A stretch of 64,000 bases of DNA from Octopus sinensis (GCF_006345805.1 NC_043002.1:71548001-71612000), one strand, 5' to 3'. Positions 26,681-42,660 are shown, counted from the stretch's first letter. Numbers and translations: made by a program. Notes: a model not told the origin generated them from the letters alone.

Positions 26681-27816
26681 ATATATAGTACTATACTGCT
26701 ATGCTTAGCTCTGAAAAGCATGGAGAAGGACACTCACTGCATTTCTCTCTTCACAGAGATAGAGCAGGTTTGAGCGAAGAATTTGCGAACTCGTGCGAAG
26801 AGAAAGATAGTGATGTGCACATAAAACCATCCAAGAACATTTCAAGCTATCTTTAGGCGCTTTCTGGGTATATCCGTTATGTCTTTCGAAGAAAACATTA
26901 TTAGAGCACGATAGAAGAGGTTTCACTTGGTACATCCAATCAAATACCACCACAAGTGTCTTTTACATTTTCTCCTTCTATCGAACTACAGCAGTGGATC
27001 AAATCGCCAATATCTCGCCCTAGAAGATATGAACATTTATTCCTATATTAGAAAAGTAAATTACTTTTACGCACGCAAAATATCCTTCAGAGACTTTGCC
27101 GTTCATTCATCTGCTAACGATAAAATAAATACCAGCCAAATATGGTGCTTGATTCAATCGACTTTTCCTTCCTAGAAATTGTTAACATTTTACCAAAGTT
27201 ATAAATCGATATTCCTTTGTTATTTCCACTTTGAAAGACTCGCAATGCATTATAGATGATTATAGATGCTAATCAGGAAAATATAAATAAAACATGCACT
27301 CAAGTAGAATTCAAATATCAAGATTTTATTCCCAAGGTTTGATGAATGCATATATTTATAAATTATATAAGAGAAGAATTGAAATTACAAAATTTACGAA
27401 ACAGATGTGAGATTTATGCAACATTGATACAGAAAATCTAATGTTTCTACCAGAATTCTTGCTGCATATTTCATTCCATATATCTACACTTATGAACAGT
27501 TAAATAACCTTTCAAATATGAGAATTTCTAAGCAAATGCAAATTACATACAATATACACTCAGCAAATATAAATGTGAAAAATATATGTGCAGATAGTTA
27601 TGGGATTTAATACTCTTTAGAATCACGTAAAAAGTTTGTAAATATATGCACTGGGGCTCACTAAATGATAAGAACAGAAAGATAAAATATTTGTCAGTTA
27701 CATATGTATCATCTGTATGAATCCCAAATCTGATGCAGTTATTATATATTGTGTCTTAAGACACAATATAGAAACTGCACCTGATCATAGATACGTATAA
27801 AAACACATACACATAC

Positions 27817-28043
27817 AGGTGCAGACGGAAGTGTGCAGTAAGAAGTGGTTCAGTCCCACTGTATGGCACCTAGGGAAAGCGTCTTCTACTATGCCCACGT
27901 GTAGCTTTACTTGAAAGAAACTGAATGAAGCCTGTTGTACATATATGTGTGGGGAGTGCGTGTGCGTGTATGGGGGTATGTGTATCTTCCTCTCTCAATT
28001 GCCCCCTATCACTACTTGACTAGTGATGTTGATGTGTCTACGT
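27817..28043 (+). mobile_element. SINE family A (old, partial)
   Basis: GGTTCAGTCCCACTGTATGGCACCTAGGG etc. Confidence 0.6.
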
Positions 28044-28122
28044 CCTATCTATCTATCTATCTATCTATTTATGTATGTATGTATGTATCTATCTATCTAT
28101 CTATATATATATATATTATATA

Positions 28123-28153
<31 letters not shown>

Positions 28154-28199
28154 TATATATATATATGTATATATATGTACATATAAAAACATATATATA

Positions 28200-28259
<60 letters not shown>

Positions 28260-28482
28260 TATTATTTATATATATATATATTATATATATATATATATAT
28301 ATATGTACATATATATATACATATATATATATATAGCCACTTAAAAACAGATTCAGCTGCAAATCATATGATTTCATAATTAGTGCAGAAGTGCACTCTT
28401 TAATCGTCAGTGCACGCATAATTCAAAATTTATAGAATAGAATAGGCTTATTCTATTAGCCTGTTAGTTATTCTATTACAGG

Positions 28483-29083
28483 GTTCTTGTGAAACCAGTA
28501 AGTTATGGGGATGTTAATAAATGAACAGCAGTTGTGAAGCAGCGATGAGGGCGAAACACAGCAACAAAGTCACACACCTACACTTACTTATATACATACA
28601 TATATATACGATTGATTTCTTTAAATTTCTGTCTAAAAAATCCATATATATATATATATATAAATATGTATGTATGTATGTATGTATACACACACACAAA
28701 GATAAATTGATAGATACAACTGAGTGGGCAAACAAAAATATAAGACACTGCCGAGTGTTTTTTATATTTTGATAAGCCTGGTACTTATTGTATCAGTTTC
28801 TTCTTGTGAAACCAGTAAGTTTTGAGGCTGTAAATAAACGAACAGCAGTTGTGAAGCAGTGATAAGGGGGAAACATAAAAACACACACATAGACCTACAT
28901 ATATACATGCATATATATACGATTAGTTTCTTTCAGTTTCTGTCTACAAAATTCACTAACAGAGGCTTTGGTTGTTCTGAGGCTTTAGCAGAAGACACAT
29001 GCCAAGTCACCACACAGTGGGACTGAACCCAGGACCATGCATTTTGGAAAAAAGTTTGTTAGCACACAGACAAACCTGCACCT
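28483..29083 (-). mobile_element. Old SINE family A with locally duplicated 3' part
   Basis: 28483-28645 repeats 28801-28945; head at ~28985-29083. Confidence 0.65.
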
Positions 29084-29261
29084 ATGTATGTGTGTGCATT
29101 TGTGTATGGGTGTATATATGTATGTATATATGTGTATATATATATGTGTACATATTACATGTACATCTCTATATGTATACATACATCTACACATATACAG
29201 CTATATCTATAGAAATACATGTATACATATTCATGTATATATACATCCATATATATACATG

Positions 29262-29295
<34 letters not shown>

Positions 29296-29719
29296 CGTGT
29301 GTGTGTGTGTATACATGTAAATCTTAATTTAAAATATTAAGGGTGAAAATTTGAATATTAATTTGATTAATGTCAATTTAAAAGCAGTAGTGTAGCATAT
29401 TGAAAAGTCTGAAGCTTCAGAAAACATTACATTACATACATATAAGAGTGATGGACATCCATTATGCTAGAAGTGTAAGCGGATCTTCTTCTAGCAAAAT
29501 GGATGTCCACTCTTAATGATTCATCCCCGTTATATAATAGTTTGACTTCAATAGTTTCGCTATTAAAATGAAAACATCTGACATTATAATAGAGAGATGT
29601 TTTTCTTTCAATTTTAACACGTAATGCTGAAATAGTGGACAAGATATGATATTGCCATGGGCTCGCGCTAGGCAAGAAGTTAAAAATCTCTTTCGCCCAT
29701 GACACTACATGGACCCCAA

Positions 29720-29912
<193 letters not shown>

Positions 29913-31600
29913 GTATATGTATGTATGTATGTATGTAAGTATACAGAGAATATAATCCGTATGGGTATTTTAATAGCCTAAGAGCTAATCCAAGAGTGTA
30001 CGTTCTAGTGGATGCACGGTATTTGATATACTCCAGAATGTCCGACGACTCATGTTTCTAATGAGGTGTATTATGAACAAATAAATAACAAACGATGGAT
30101 ATGCTTCACTTTCTTACAGCTGTATCCAACAGTTTTTTTTTGATAGATTAATAAATACATTGCATCATAACTAAAACAACCGATTTCTTCAGACGATATA
30201 TAACATTTCAATCAATATAAGAACAACATTTAACCACAGTGGACGAACCAAACCTGATGCCAGCCAAGGATGGCTTGGAATGAGAGAAAATTTCAAGCGA
30301 GCCTTAGCTGAAATCATTATGAAACATTTACTACATATTTTCTTGAGTGGACAGCAAGGTTTTTTTTCGCAGCGTGCCACAAAACCACAATGACAGGTAA
30401 GGTTTTCACTTAGAGGAGCAGCGGTTTGACAGCCTACCTTCATGTTTGCACGAATTTGATCCCGATGCTGGAGTTAACTTTGTTCACATCTTTGAAGTGA
30501 GGATAAGCAGGACTGGTCCAGATCCTGCATTCTGATGCTTTGTTTTCTCAGATCGGGTGTAGAGATTAGTGGAAATAAGGATCGGCGTCGTATGATCCCA
30601 AGAACTTTGAGAAAAAGATGGCATTATTGTAGAAGTAATGGGGAGGCAGAGGAGGCCTCGCGCTAGTAGGTCGGTGACTTGAGCATCTTTGGGGATGACT
30701 GCTACAAAGACTAACCAAATCCTCTTCGAAAGTCGTTGTCTTTAAAGAAGTGTGACAAACAGAATAACGCAATGCAAGTTACATACTACACTAAAAGTGT
30801 ATTATGAACAGGCAGACGATAGACAGGCAGACTATAGACAGAAGGAACTTGAACTTAGTCAGCATGATGACTAAAATTGGTAGAAATAGACACCAAAACA
30901 TCGTCAAATGAATCTTTATTTTCTTGGATAATCTAGTTCTAGATATAAGACGTTTGCCATAAGGATGTATGGAGATGATTGGAAAACATTTCGGATATAA
31001 GTCGGTTCCCTTAAGATTGACATGGGGTTAAACTACAGCGAAAATATTATTTGTTCTCACTTAAATTTAACGCCGTTCATATTTGCATATGATTACAAAA
31101 AAAAAGATAGAGAAAAATGTACTATATATTTGAATGGTTTTCATGTAGATCTTAAGAACAGTTCTACTAGAAACCAGTGCGCTTGAAAATAATTCGTAAG
31201 TAAATAACCACAGCTAAATATGAAGCGTTCTTTATAAATATTAATGTCGGTATTGTCACGAAATATCTTCACTTGATTAAACGAATATATAGCAATTCCC
31301 CATTGAAGTGTGGTGATGTCAAGACTATCTTTTATTACTGAATACATTTTAAATCGTCTAGTTGACCGTAACTAACATTTAAAGTTACAATGCCTGGATA
31401 GTAAGCTCTTAGAATGGAAATCAGTTCACTACAAAGTGTCTGTGATTTTCATTTTCTGCCGAGAGAATTGTAATTACAATACATTCAGTAGAAAGCAATT
31501 AATATTACAACATCAATAGGCCGGGAGCTTTGACTTTATATTTATATATGTATGCAAGTATATGAATGTATGAATATATGTATGTGTATATATATAAATT

Positions 31601-31657
<57 letters not shown>

Positions 31658-32097
31658 CTGTGTGTATCTATGTAATCATACGAACGTACATACTGTATAC
31701 ATTTATATTTCTACAAGCACATACAAATAGAAATGTGAGGCAACGAATATTAAGAGCTTATAAAGCTACATCTTATATGGTGTAATTGCAAATATCTGAC
31801 GAAATTAAACTTCCCAATTATATAAAATACAATCTCATGAACTTGGAAATTCATATAAATTAATGAATTCTTACGATGGAAAATTGCTGTACATTTTCAA
31901 AGGTGGTGAGGTGTCTGATTGAATTTATAAACTACATTACTAGGGATCGAATTATAGAACGAATTTATGAACGAAAACACCCGACTACAGCAGCATATTG
32001 AAAGTTAGTGCATTAGAACGAATCAAACGTCCTTCAATTCAATTAACCTCAAAACAAAAATGGTTTTACACTTCCGTGAATAATTTTTTATTATTTA

Positions 32098-33408
32098 AAT
32101 GACAGCCTATCTCCGTTACTTTTCGTTCCCTGCATAACACCCTTGACGTTGGTACTCATGAAAATTAACCTGAGATACCAACTAAAGGAAAAATCCCTAA
32201 AATTCAACCACCTTATTGATTTGAAACTAATTGGAAAAGATGAGACACGAGTGCACTCAAGGAGTGCAGAGTAATCTACCTAAAAAGAGGCAAAGTACAG
32301 TCCCTAGCATGGGCATAATTACTGAATAGAGACTTGATTAAGCAAATTGAAACGGAAGGATACAAATACCTTGGTATACTACAGTGCAGCGAGATAATGG
32401 AAAAGGAAATGAAACAGCAACTGAAGATGGAGCCAGACTGAGATTGGTGCTGCGCTCAAAATTGACTGGATGGAATAAAATCCAAGTAGTGAACTCGTGG
32501 ACGATAGCATCACTTCGGTATGGAGCGGGAATTGGAAAACGGCAAAAGAGAGACCTGAACAAAATGGATATCAAGACCAGAAATATGTTGACAGTACACG
32601 GATCCTTCCGATAGGCTGCACTTGTCCAGTAGAAAGGGTGGGAGAGGTAGTTTAATCAGTTGCCAGGACTGTATCGAAGCAGAGGAGAACAGCTTAGGGT
32701 GGGATGTAAAAAATGATGTGAAGACACTGTTGAAACACAAGAAAAAGGCCTGCGTCATCAATAGTAAAAATTGTGTAACCAAAAAAATTTAAACATGAAC
32801 AAAAAGAAAAGAAAAAGCTCGAAAGAAAAATGTACGGTCCGTTTGCAAGAAATGTGAACGTCAAGACAGATACAGAGGACCGGTGGCTATGGATGAGGAG
32901 GAGAGACCTGAAGTTAGAGGCAAGCACTCATATGCGCGGCTCAGGAACAAACGTTAAGGATAAATTATATTAAGTGCAGAATTGACAACACTGCTGTTAG
33001 CGACAAATGAGAGGATGAGTGGTCAGTCCCACGAGAACAAAATGTCTCAAGAACAGAATACGAAAGGTTTCCTCACTATAAAGATCTGCAAATTGAAATC
33101 ACAAAAATGTGAACGCTTAGCACTACGGTAATACCAGCAGTGATTGGTATGTTAGGAATGATAAAGAAGGGAGCTGAGAAGTATATTAAGCAACTCTCTG
33201 GTAGCTCCAATCTCCATGAACTACAAAAGATAACCTTGATGGGTACAGCCTATATACTACGGAAATCACTTTCCACCTAAAATGGAATAAATGTGGTGAT
33301 AATTTTAGCATGCATAGCAAAACAAAAGTGCTTTTGCTACTCTTAACCTCCGGAGGACGCCCAGTATTAAGGTAGCTGAAATAAAGTTATAATGAAAAGA
33401 AACCATAA
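32098..33408 (+). mobile_element. Decayed R4/Dong element, RT C-half to 3'UTR
   Basis: DSLSPLLF, YKYLG, RKGGRGSL, YKDLQIEITK and LQKITLMGTAYILRK fragments; followed by (TAA)n 33409-33498. Confidence 0.82.
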
Positions 33409-33423
33409 ATGATAATAATGATG

Positions 33424-33498
<75 letters not shown>

Positions 33499-33499
<1 letters not shown>

Positions 33500-34525
33500 G
33501 AGAAAACCAGCATCAAACACCCGCCAACTTGAGGTACATTGATCGACGCAAGCTCAAAGTTGAAACCGATAATATAGATTCGGTCCTTATGCTATTCCAG
33601 ACGAAAAATGTTACTGAAACTAACAAGATTATTTGGCTGCAGCTATGGTTGCTACAGGTAGTGTTGGATACAAAAGAAGAGAAGAAACAGAACGTAAAGA
33701 ACGATCCTGGCATAGACGAATTTGTGAGAAAGAAAGCTGAAAAGATGTTTAGGCCAAGTTGATAGGTCGAGAAGAGGGAAATTGCTGATCGAAAGCATAA
33801 AAGTAGTACTGGAAAGAACACATAGAATAAGAGATCAAGTGTATGATGTGATATTGGGAGAATTGAAACAAAGAGTAGTAGTAATCAAAGTAAAACTGGA
33901 AAGATATGACAACAGAAAAAGACAGTTCAGGCAAAATAGATTGTTTGAAGCAAATCAGAAGAAACTGTTTCAGGAACTAGATGGGCAATAACACATAACA
34001 ATGATACTTGATGCAGAGGAAAGTAGGGCATTCTAGAGAGGGATCTGGGGCCAGCCTGTTGAGCATAATGATGAAGCGGAGTTGCCACATGAAAACGGAG
34101 ATAGGTTAAGAAATATAGAAAGCCAAGAAGACATAAAAATAACTACATAAATGATTTAAAAAGCAGTTAAGAAAATTCCCAAATTGGAATAGCCCTGGAC
34201 TGGATGGAGTCCAAGGTTATTGGACGAAGCAGCTGAGAGGGCTTCATGAGAGGATAGTGCAACCGTTAGCTGAGTGTTTGCAGGAAGCGCAGTACTCAAC
34301 TGGATGACGAAAATAAAGACATTATGTGCCAAGAATCCTGAAAAACGAATGTTGCATCCAATTTCAGACCAATAACATGTCTTCCACTAATGTGGAAACT
34401 AATGCCAGATGCTTTGGTCGATGAACTGTACAGATACTTGGAAAAAAGTTGGCTGCTACCTACTGAATAGAGAGGGTGCCGAAGAGGAAACGGGAAATAA
34501 AGAATCAACTTTTAATTGACAGCAG
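33499..34525 (+). mobile_element. Decayed R4/Dong element, N-terminal region to RT N-half
   Basis: LERYDNRKRQFRQNRLFEANQKKLF, WNSPGLDGVQGYW, NFRPITCLPLMWKL, QLLID. Confidence 0.82.
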
Positions 34526-34589
34526 GGAATAAAATATTAGGAGAGTTGAAAATTAAGAGAGTAATCTTCCAGAGGAACAGTGCATCTGC

Positions 34590-35101
34590 ACTGACAACAA
34601 TCATTTTTGTCTGACTTCAGACAAAAAAATCATGCCTCCTCGTTGATATGATTGTCTCAATCGATATAAACATATCTGTTAAGAAATACCAAAAACTAAG
34701 CAAGTATAAAGATTTTGAAATAGAAATTAGCAAAACGTAGAACCTGAAGACTAAATCAATACCTGCTGTCATAGGTGCCCTGGGAATGATAGCAAAAGGA
34801 GTTGATTGCTATCTAGCTCAGATACCAGGAAACTCCAAAATGGCAGAAATTCAAAAGTTAGTGCTCATGGGAACTGCCCGTATCCTACGTACAATACTGT
34901 CTGGGTAATCTCAATTTTTAAAACAAACTCATTAGTTTCTTATGGTTTCTTAAGCAATCTCTAGAACAATATTATGTGCGAAACCAAATATATGGCACAC
35001 TAGGTATAACACCAGCACGAACTTCTAACTTGTTGTCTCTTGAAGTCTCTGGGTGAAACTTGGAGCCATACTTGTACAAATGCAAAGCAAAAGTCAAACA
35101 T
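34590..35101 (+). mobile_element. R4/Dong family 1 endonuclease + 3'UTR fragment
   Basis: Reverse-complement homology to 21-520 and 1911-2322. Confidence 0.85.
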
Positions 35102-36764
35102 GCCTATAGCCCACGTGACTATATATCACCAAAAGTAACATCGGTGCCTATAACCTTTCTGTTGCTGCACTACAAATACTAGAACCATCCAGGGATCGAT
35201 ATCGCTAGGGATGTCCGTGATAGTGATCCTTGCATTTTTGCATTCCAAATACTGTAAGAGCACCATAAGAGGAGGTATATCTCATATTCTTTGTTTAGCC
35301 CTTTGCATCGTTAGTCGATGTTATTGCAGATATAGTAACATTACCTCCTCTTCTCTTTTGGGGCTCTTTCCAGAAGCAAATACCTAGCCCCAAGTGCACT
35401 TTCTACTTCTCCACTCATGAGTACGCCGCTAAAGAGAGACAAGTGAATACGTTCGGAGTAGCCATGAAGCTGCGGAGAATAATATATCTTAGTTAAGTAT
35501 AACCGTACATATCTTCCTTAGGGTATCTTTCTCCACATTGTCTGAGTGAAGTTAATCTTTTAGCCCTTTTTAAAGCTCAATAAATTATCCTAAATGACGC
35601 CCGGGTTTTATTGTTATAGTAGGTATGTATTGTGCAAAGCCAGTCCCATTCTCTCGTCCTTCAGATCTGTATTACTCTGGTGCTACAAATGCCTTGAGTC
35701 CAGTGTTTAACAGTGGTTGCATTGGGTTACCTTTTCTTAGATGAGCAGCTAAAATGCCGAAGGGTTTCCTGTCTGGGACCAAAGATGTGCCTGTTAATGA
35801 TCTACATCCGAAGGCAATTCCGTGACATTTTAATTAGCCAATAGCTGAGATGATGACAGTCACTATTACACTGACTGAGATTAGCTGAGGGGACAATTGT
35901 GGCTAAAAATTGATTCTACATTCCTCAAAATCCTGAAACTCCAAACCTAATGCCTTACTATCTGGATGTAGTTAAAAGTCACATCCAGGAATATACTATT
36001 TAAGTATCAGAACGCAATCATTTTTCCCTACAATCTAACTATTTTCCCAACCCAGGACATGTTCTATAGTTTATTAAATAGGTACATTGGCTAATATCAA
36101 GACGCTCATATTCTTCGATAATGATGCGGATATGTTGTGTCGCACGTCTTGTAATTGATGTGCGTCAATCTTAATTATATAATTTTTTTAAACGAAAATT
36201 TGTGGTTGTAACACCAAAATGAACCTCCAAGTTCTACATCTTTGAACCTAGGAAGACAAGGGCGAGCTAATCTACAAATTAATCCTAATGTTAGTCACAT
36301 GAACACACCTGTGTTGTGTCAAATTTATCAAGACTAAAATAACGGAAGTATACAATCTTCATTTATTTAACAATCGGTATAATATTCACATACATGAAAA
36401 TTTACAAGAATATGCTTATGAACGCACACGTAACATACAAGCATACATGATAACACAAACGTGCACCCTCGTATATGAATATATGACGTGTGTGACAAAG
36501 TATGTTTAAGCGCACGCTTGTGTATGCCTGTATATTTGAATTTGCGTATGCCTCAATTTGTATTTACATGATATTTTAATATATGTGCATATACATACAC
36601 GAAGTTAATCACTGACAAAATGAAGCTTATATTCATTCACAATTCGACGTCTGATAAAAATTGACGAGACACAGTTTTATTGATGTGAGTTGCATCTGCA
36701 GAAATACTTACATATAAAGCTATCTATACATAGATACATTGGCAGGTATACACATAAACACATG

Positions 36765-37068
36765 CGCATGTATGTATGTATGTATGTATGTGTGTATGTA
36801 TGTGTGTATGTATGTATGTATGTATGTATGTATGTATGTATGTATGTATGTATGTATGTATGTATGCATGTTTGTGTATGTATGTATATATATATAAATA
36901 TATGTGTGTGTGTATGTATGTATACGTATATAAATGTATATGTATGTATATATACATTATATATATATATACATAAATATATATGTATATATACCCATAT
37001 ATACATATACATAAATATATATATATGCGTGTATCTGTTAATACATGCATATATTAACACATACACAC

Positions 37069-37120
<52 letters not shown>

Positions 37121-37227
37121 GTGTATGTATATATATGTATGTGTATGTATATGCATATATATATGTATGTATATATATATACACACACTTACGTATCGTA
37201 TACACACATTTATACACACATATACAT

Positions 37228-37262
<35 letters not shown>
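36765..37262. repeat. (TATG)n/(TA)n/(CA)n compound microsatellite
   Basis: Direct reading. Confidence 0.93.
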
Positions 37263-37263
<1 letters not shown>

Positions 37264-40200
37264 GCGTGTATGTCTTAATATATGCTTATAGAGCTAGTTC
37301 GTTGGGCGTTATTTTTTATTCTCTCTCCGTTCAATGTCATGATGTCATTGTATTTTGATGATGACGACGATAAACATAGAGGAAATGACAGAAAGTGGCT
37401 TGCGAATTATTTCAACTTTTTCTTTATAATTATTATTATTATTATTATTATTATTATCGCTGTCATACTTATCATCTTGGTCGTAGTCAATATCGCCATT
37501 CTAATCATAGATGCCTGACGGAAACATTAATCCCATCCTGTCTCAATGAAATTTAGTCTTAATGGATTCTTTCTCAATACATATTTGTTCCCCAGTGAAT
37601 TCTGTCTTAATACCACATTTCCTGATAGACATTGTAGCTATTGTCTATATAATAACTGTAAAACTGAAGTGGTTTGGCAAATTATTTGAACATATGAGAA
37701 TAGCATTGGTTCGAGGGTAATTGTAAATGTGTCTTAGTTTCGTTGTCAAACTGAATATATAATGGCAACATTTTATCAGTTTCCCTTATAGTTTGCTTGC
37801 CAGTTGGAACATATTATAGCCATTTTGATTAGCTTGTGTTGTAGATGATTGCTGTATATCTTTATTATGTTTTCATAATATATGTTTCTTTCATTCACTT
37901 ATGGTATCGTATTTATGAGACGTGGTATACTGTAACAGTCATGCATTTATTAAGAACATTCCAGAATTTAAGAAATCGGTTTTAACTGGTCATCAAAATT
38001 ATGAGAGGAAATCTCAGCAATAACTTATCACTATATAATGGCTGCCTTTCAGAGCCGCAGCAAGGCTAATAAACCACAATTTATAACAAATAGAATATAT
38101 GCACCTATACAAACACGGACCCACTGGGGCTTCCTTGAGCGAATAACAATCTTATTGTTCTTGAGTGTCCATACAAAGTACTGACCAACACTTTCATTAT
38201 AACCTAAGGCTTAGAATTTATTAGATTTGAAATTAGAAGGTGTGACGTTCATACCACTCACTAAAGAAATAGCCTTAACTGTGAATAAAACACATCACTA
38301 ACTTTTCTTTCTAGTGCTGTTCGTTTTGTTGAAATAATTAAATGCAAATGAAATTGGAATGTATGAAAGGAAGGTTTAAATCTTCCCACGTATCTCCATA
38401 ATAATCTAGAAGAAAGTTAAGATAGTCTCATGAAGAAGCACGAATTTATATTCCATGAAGAATCCATAAAGAATCGGAAATTTAATGAAGAGCAATGAAA
38501 TTTGTTTAAGTATATAGAGATGTCGATAAACGAAGCCATTTCGATTTAGGCATGAGGAAAGTACCGAATGATAAAACGTGATGAATTACCGAAAACGAAC
38601 ATATTGAATTCAAGTCTTCAATATTAAAAGAAATGATGAAGAACAGAATATATTCAGCAGTACAATTTCAACTATTGAATACCGAAATATATATATTTCA
38701 TGTTCAGACAGAAATAATTATATAATTTGCATTCACTAAGACCATCCATTTCCTTTCAAGGAATGCATGGAATTTATTTATAACAATGTTCAGATTTTCT
38801 AAGAGCGTTTGGTTATTATCATATCATCAGGAGTTAAGATCCGGCATCCACTGGTGACTATTCTGAAATGTATTGTTTTACTTAACATTGCGAAACTACC
38901 AAGATTTTGTGAAAGAGTTTCTCTACTGTAGTCAATTTATATGTACTTATAGAAACTACTTTTCAGTTCTCCCAAGGTCTAGTGCATATGAACTCTTAAA
39001 TTTTCACTTTGTCTTGAGGCGTACATCAGAAATTGCTTCGTCATTAAATTAATGTTTAACTAAAAGGAAAAGATTTTGCTAATGCTCATGATATTTCATT
39101 GTTCGTCACGATATGACCAAAATTTCATCTATGTTTTCTCTTATGTTTATTTGGAAAATAAAATGTTCGAACCTGACTTGTATGAGCAAATTGCCTCTGT
39201 ATCTCTTTCTATATGCACACATTAACATACGCATATACGCATACACCCACCTATACAACAAACACACAGACACGCATAGATATACACACACACATCATGT
39301 GTGTGTATGTGTGTGAGAGAGAGATAGGGGGGGAGATTGTGTATGTGCCTGTATATATAACTATGAAGAGGCAATGTTTCTTTACATTGTGAATAATATT
39401 TTGTGATGTAGCATTGTAAAATATATGACCCTCCCCCCCACTTTTGTTATAATTTCCATGAGTTACTTTTACAAGATTAAAAATATTAAAAAAGTTATGT
39501 TATAAAATTTAATAATTTATATATTATACATATGTATTGAAAGGTTAAACTCTAAATTATATATACAAGCGTTAAATTGCATTCCTTGCACCATGCATGT
39601 GATGCGATGGAAGTCTTTGATGATAGAAATCTTTGACTTCCGGTTCCTAAATTATTGCTTTTTAAAATAACCGATTCTATCATTTTCCCGAAATTATTAA
39701 GCATGCTATCGTTTATTTCCAGTTTTCTTGTTTCTAATTCAAATTCTTTTATATGTATCAACTGCAATTCAGTAACATCTAAAGCCATGTACATCAGCTA
39801 ATGTTTAATATCTTGCCTGATATGCTGACATCGTCGTATTATTGATTGGAAATGTTTGGTGAATATCAAAGTATAAAAAGAAATATCTTAGTTTGGAAAC
39901 ATCTGAGACCCAACTAAATATCGGATTATCATTACGATGTGCAGATTTCGGATCAAAGCTTACGAGATATTTTATACCAAAAGTTTAATATCATCTGCAC
40001 CAATATCTTTAACGAACAATCAATTTGTGGCTTAAATAGGAAATACCTATCTAGGATTCAAATCTACCTTGAAGGTCAGTTCCAAAGAAGCATTTTGCTA
40101 AACAGCATCATATCAAATATGTTCTTTTTTATATGACTATAACTCCCATTTATCTCTAGAGTAATACCTTATCCACTACTACCTTTAACTAAATGTACTT

Positions 40201-41219
40201 TCCTACAGAGTGGAACACATACACGTCCATTTATTATGTAGATTTACAACTTTCAATCTCTGACGATAATTAGCCTAAACACATGTGTTGAAACAAAAAT
40301 ACTCCCCACCACCCTGAAAATATATCTAGAATATATCTTAAGGTTGGTCACTGCTATCATGTAGTATTTGAAATCAAAAAACTGTTACGAAAACATACAA
40401 GTAACACCTTATCATTAGATCTTTTAAACAGTATCGTGATGTAACTATTAAACATTAGTTCTTAATGTGGCTCAATACTTCTTTTGAGATCTTCTATAGA
40501 TGTGTTTCCGACTATATACATAGATACATTCATTCATATATACGAAAATACATAGACACATATATATGTACATACATACTTTCACACACACGCGCAGGCA
40601 CACATACACGCATACAAACACACACACACACACACATATATAATATATATATATATATATATATGCATGCATACATATATGCACACAAACAAACGAATAT
40701 ATATATGTGCATTGCGTGTGTATGTGTGTATAGATAGATAGAAGATAGATAGATACATGCATACATACATAAATACATAAGTACGTACGTACATATATAC
40801 ATACATACATACATACATACATACATACATACATACATACATACATACATACATACATACATAATGCATGCCTACATATATACATACATATTTGTATATA
40901 GTACATGAGAATTCTGCTCATGGGTAGAGTCATTAGCAAGAAAGCGAAAAAACATTTAACAATGTAACAATTCTCCAGGAATTCCCTCATCAGCTGTTAA
41001 TCGAATAAAATATATTATATTTGTGTTTCAGTGCTAAACATTTAGTTAAATGCGTGCCCTGCCACCATTAGCTTTCGTAGGCCCTTAGGGTCATTCAATG
41101 TACATGTGTTAATATCAATGTTAGAAGCTTTCAAAATATATCAAATAATGTTGCTTGCTGTCCTGTATGATAGTAGTGATCAGCAAAGTGTTACCATCAA
41201 CTAAAACCAGCGAAAACTT

Positions 41220-41800
41220 CAGCAAAGACTTTGACTCTCTAGTTTTGACAACGTGGAAGATCTTACCGTAACTGCTCCTGTATTGTTGATGCACAAGACT
41301 TGAGAATACGGAGTCAAAATCAGTCTCCAGATTGGAGTAAGATTCAGGACATAACAATGCATACGTATGAAAGCTTTCATCTTATTTACTCACATCTTAA
41401 GGAAGTCAGTTACTACAAGTACATAGGATCCTATTTTACTGACAGTAAGAAACACTTTCATGACAAGTATGACATGAAATAGGAGTATATGCGTTTAGCT
41501 TCAAGCTATCAGCAAACAGGCATTTCAAAATCAACATGTCTTCACGACATTTATAGAATTTTCTTTATGAAGTCGAGATTTAAACTTTACAGCGAGAGCT
41601 TTAAGATTGTCTTCAGTGTATGTATAACAAGCTCCTCATGGTCGCCAATGAATATAAAACTCGCGTAAGGTCTGTAGGTAAATCATAACTCTATAGCCAG
41701 CTATACTTCACATAGAATTTACAGAACTTAAATTACTTCGCTGTAGAGCGAAGATGGAACGAATATTGATCAAAACGGTTATGGAAAGACTGGTATCAAA
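41220..41800 (+). mobile_element. Ancient RTE-like LINE remnant
   Basis: LKEVSYYKYIGSYF and FLYEVEI*TL..CMYNKLL resemble the RTE FKYLGS and LLYG.ETWTL..YTRLLR motifs. Confidence 0.45.
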
Positions 41801-42177
41801 ATATTCATCGGAATAAAAATATTCATGGGTTTCTATTTTTAAATCGAGGAGCCAAGAGTTTCTCTTCTCCATCATGAGTTAAAAATAGATACTGCAATCC
41901 TGTCATGGGGGCAAGTTCCGGTGAGCGGGGTTTCCTGAATTGAACGCCCTAATGAAAGATTACCTTGGCTTATTTTAGCAATACGGGAAGCTTGAGATTG
42001 AGACCGTTTTTCGAAAAAGTTTGCCCAAAAAAGCAATTATAGTGTAATTGCTTGCGTTCAAAGGAGCACAATTTCCTTAATTACTTCCTGTAAAGCATAA
42101 GGGGTTTGAATGGAGTTGATACCATTGTATTCAGACACTGTTTCTACATTCTGTTCTTAAGTCACAGGCATAGCTAT

Positions 42178-42348
42178 AGGCGTAGGCATGGCTCACTGGT
42201 ATAAGCACAACTGTATGCTTAAGAAGCTTGCTATGCTACCATATGGTTCCAGGATCAGTCCCACATATCATCTTGGGCAAATATCGTCTACTATAGGTCC
42301 GTGTTGATCCGTCATTCGAAAAGTGTGTACAAGCCCGATGTATATATC

Positions 42349-42387
<39 letters not shown>

Positions 42388-42660
42388 GTGTATATGTGTG
42401 TATGATAGTGTGTACTTGTGGTTGTGTGGGTGTGTGTACATGTGTGTGTATGTGTGCGCGTGTGTGCGTGTGTCTTTATGTTTCTTTCCCCGCACGCCGC
42501 TTGAAGACTGGTATTGCTTTACGTACCCGTAACTTAGCACTTCAGGCAGAATGACCGATAGAATAAGTACCAGGCTTAATAGTAAGTATCACAGATAATT
42601 TGCTCAACTAATTTCTTCAAGGCTTCGGCCCAGCACGGCCGACGTCAAATCACTGAAAAA
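42178..42660 (+). mobile_element. SINE family A (diverged)
   Basis: Head and GACCGATAGAATAAGTACCAGG tail homology. Confidence 0.7.

Noticed and set aside
30700-30775. THAP-domain-like peptide on the minus strand
   Set aside because: Only emerges by combining frames; too short
36677-37358. Long YI/CV/HT-repeat ORFs here and throughout the ORF track
   Set aside because: Translations of dinucleotide and tetranucleotide microsatellites
39552-39794. PLE GIY-YIG remnant (SIASHAW)
   Set aside because: A single short motif with no YIG motif or supporting context
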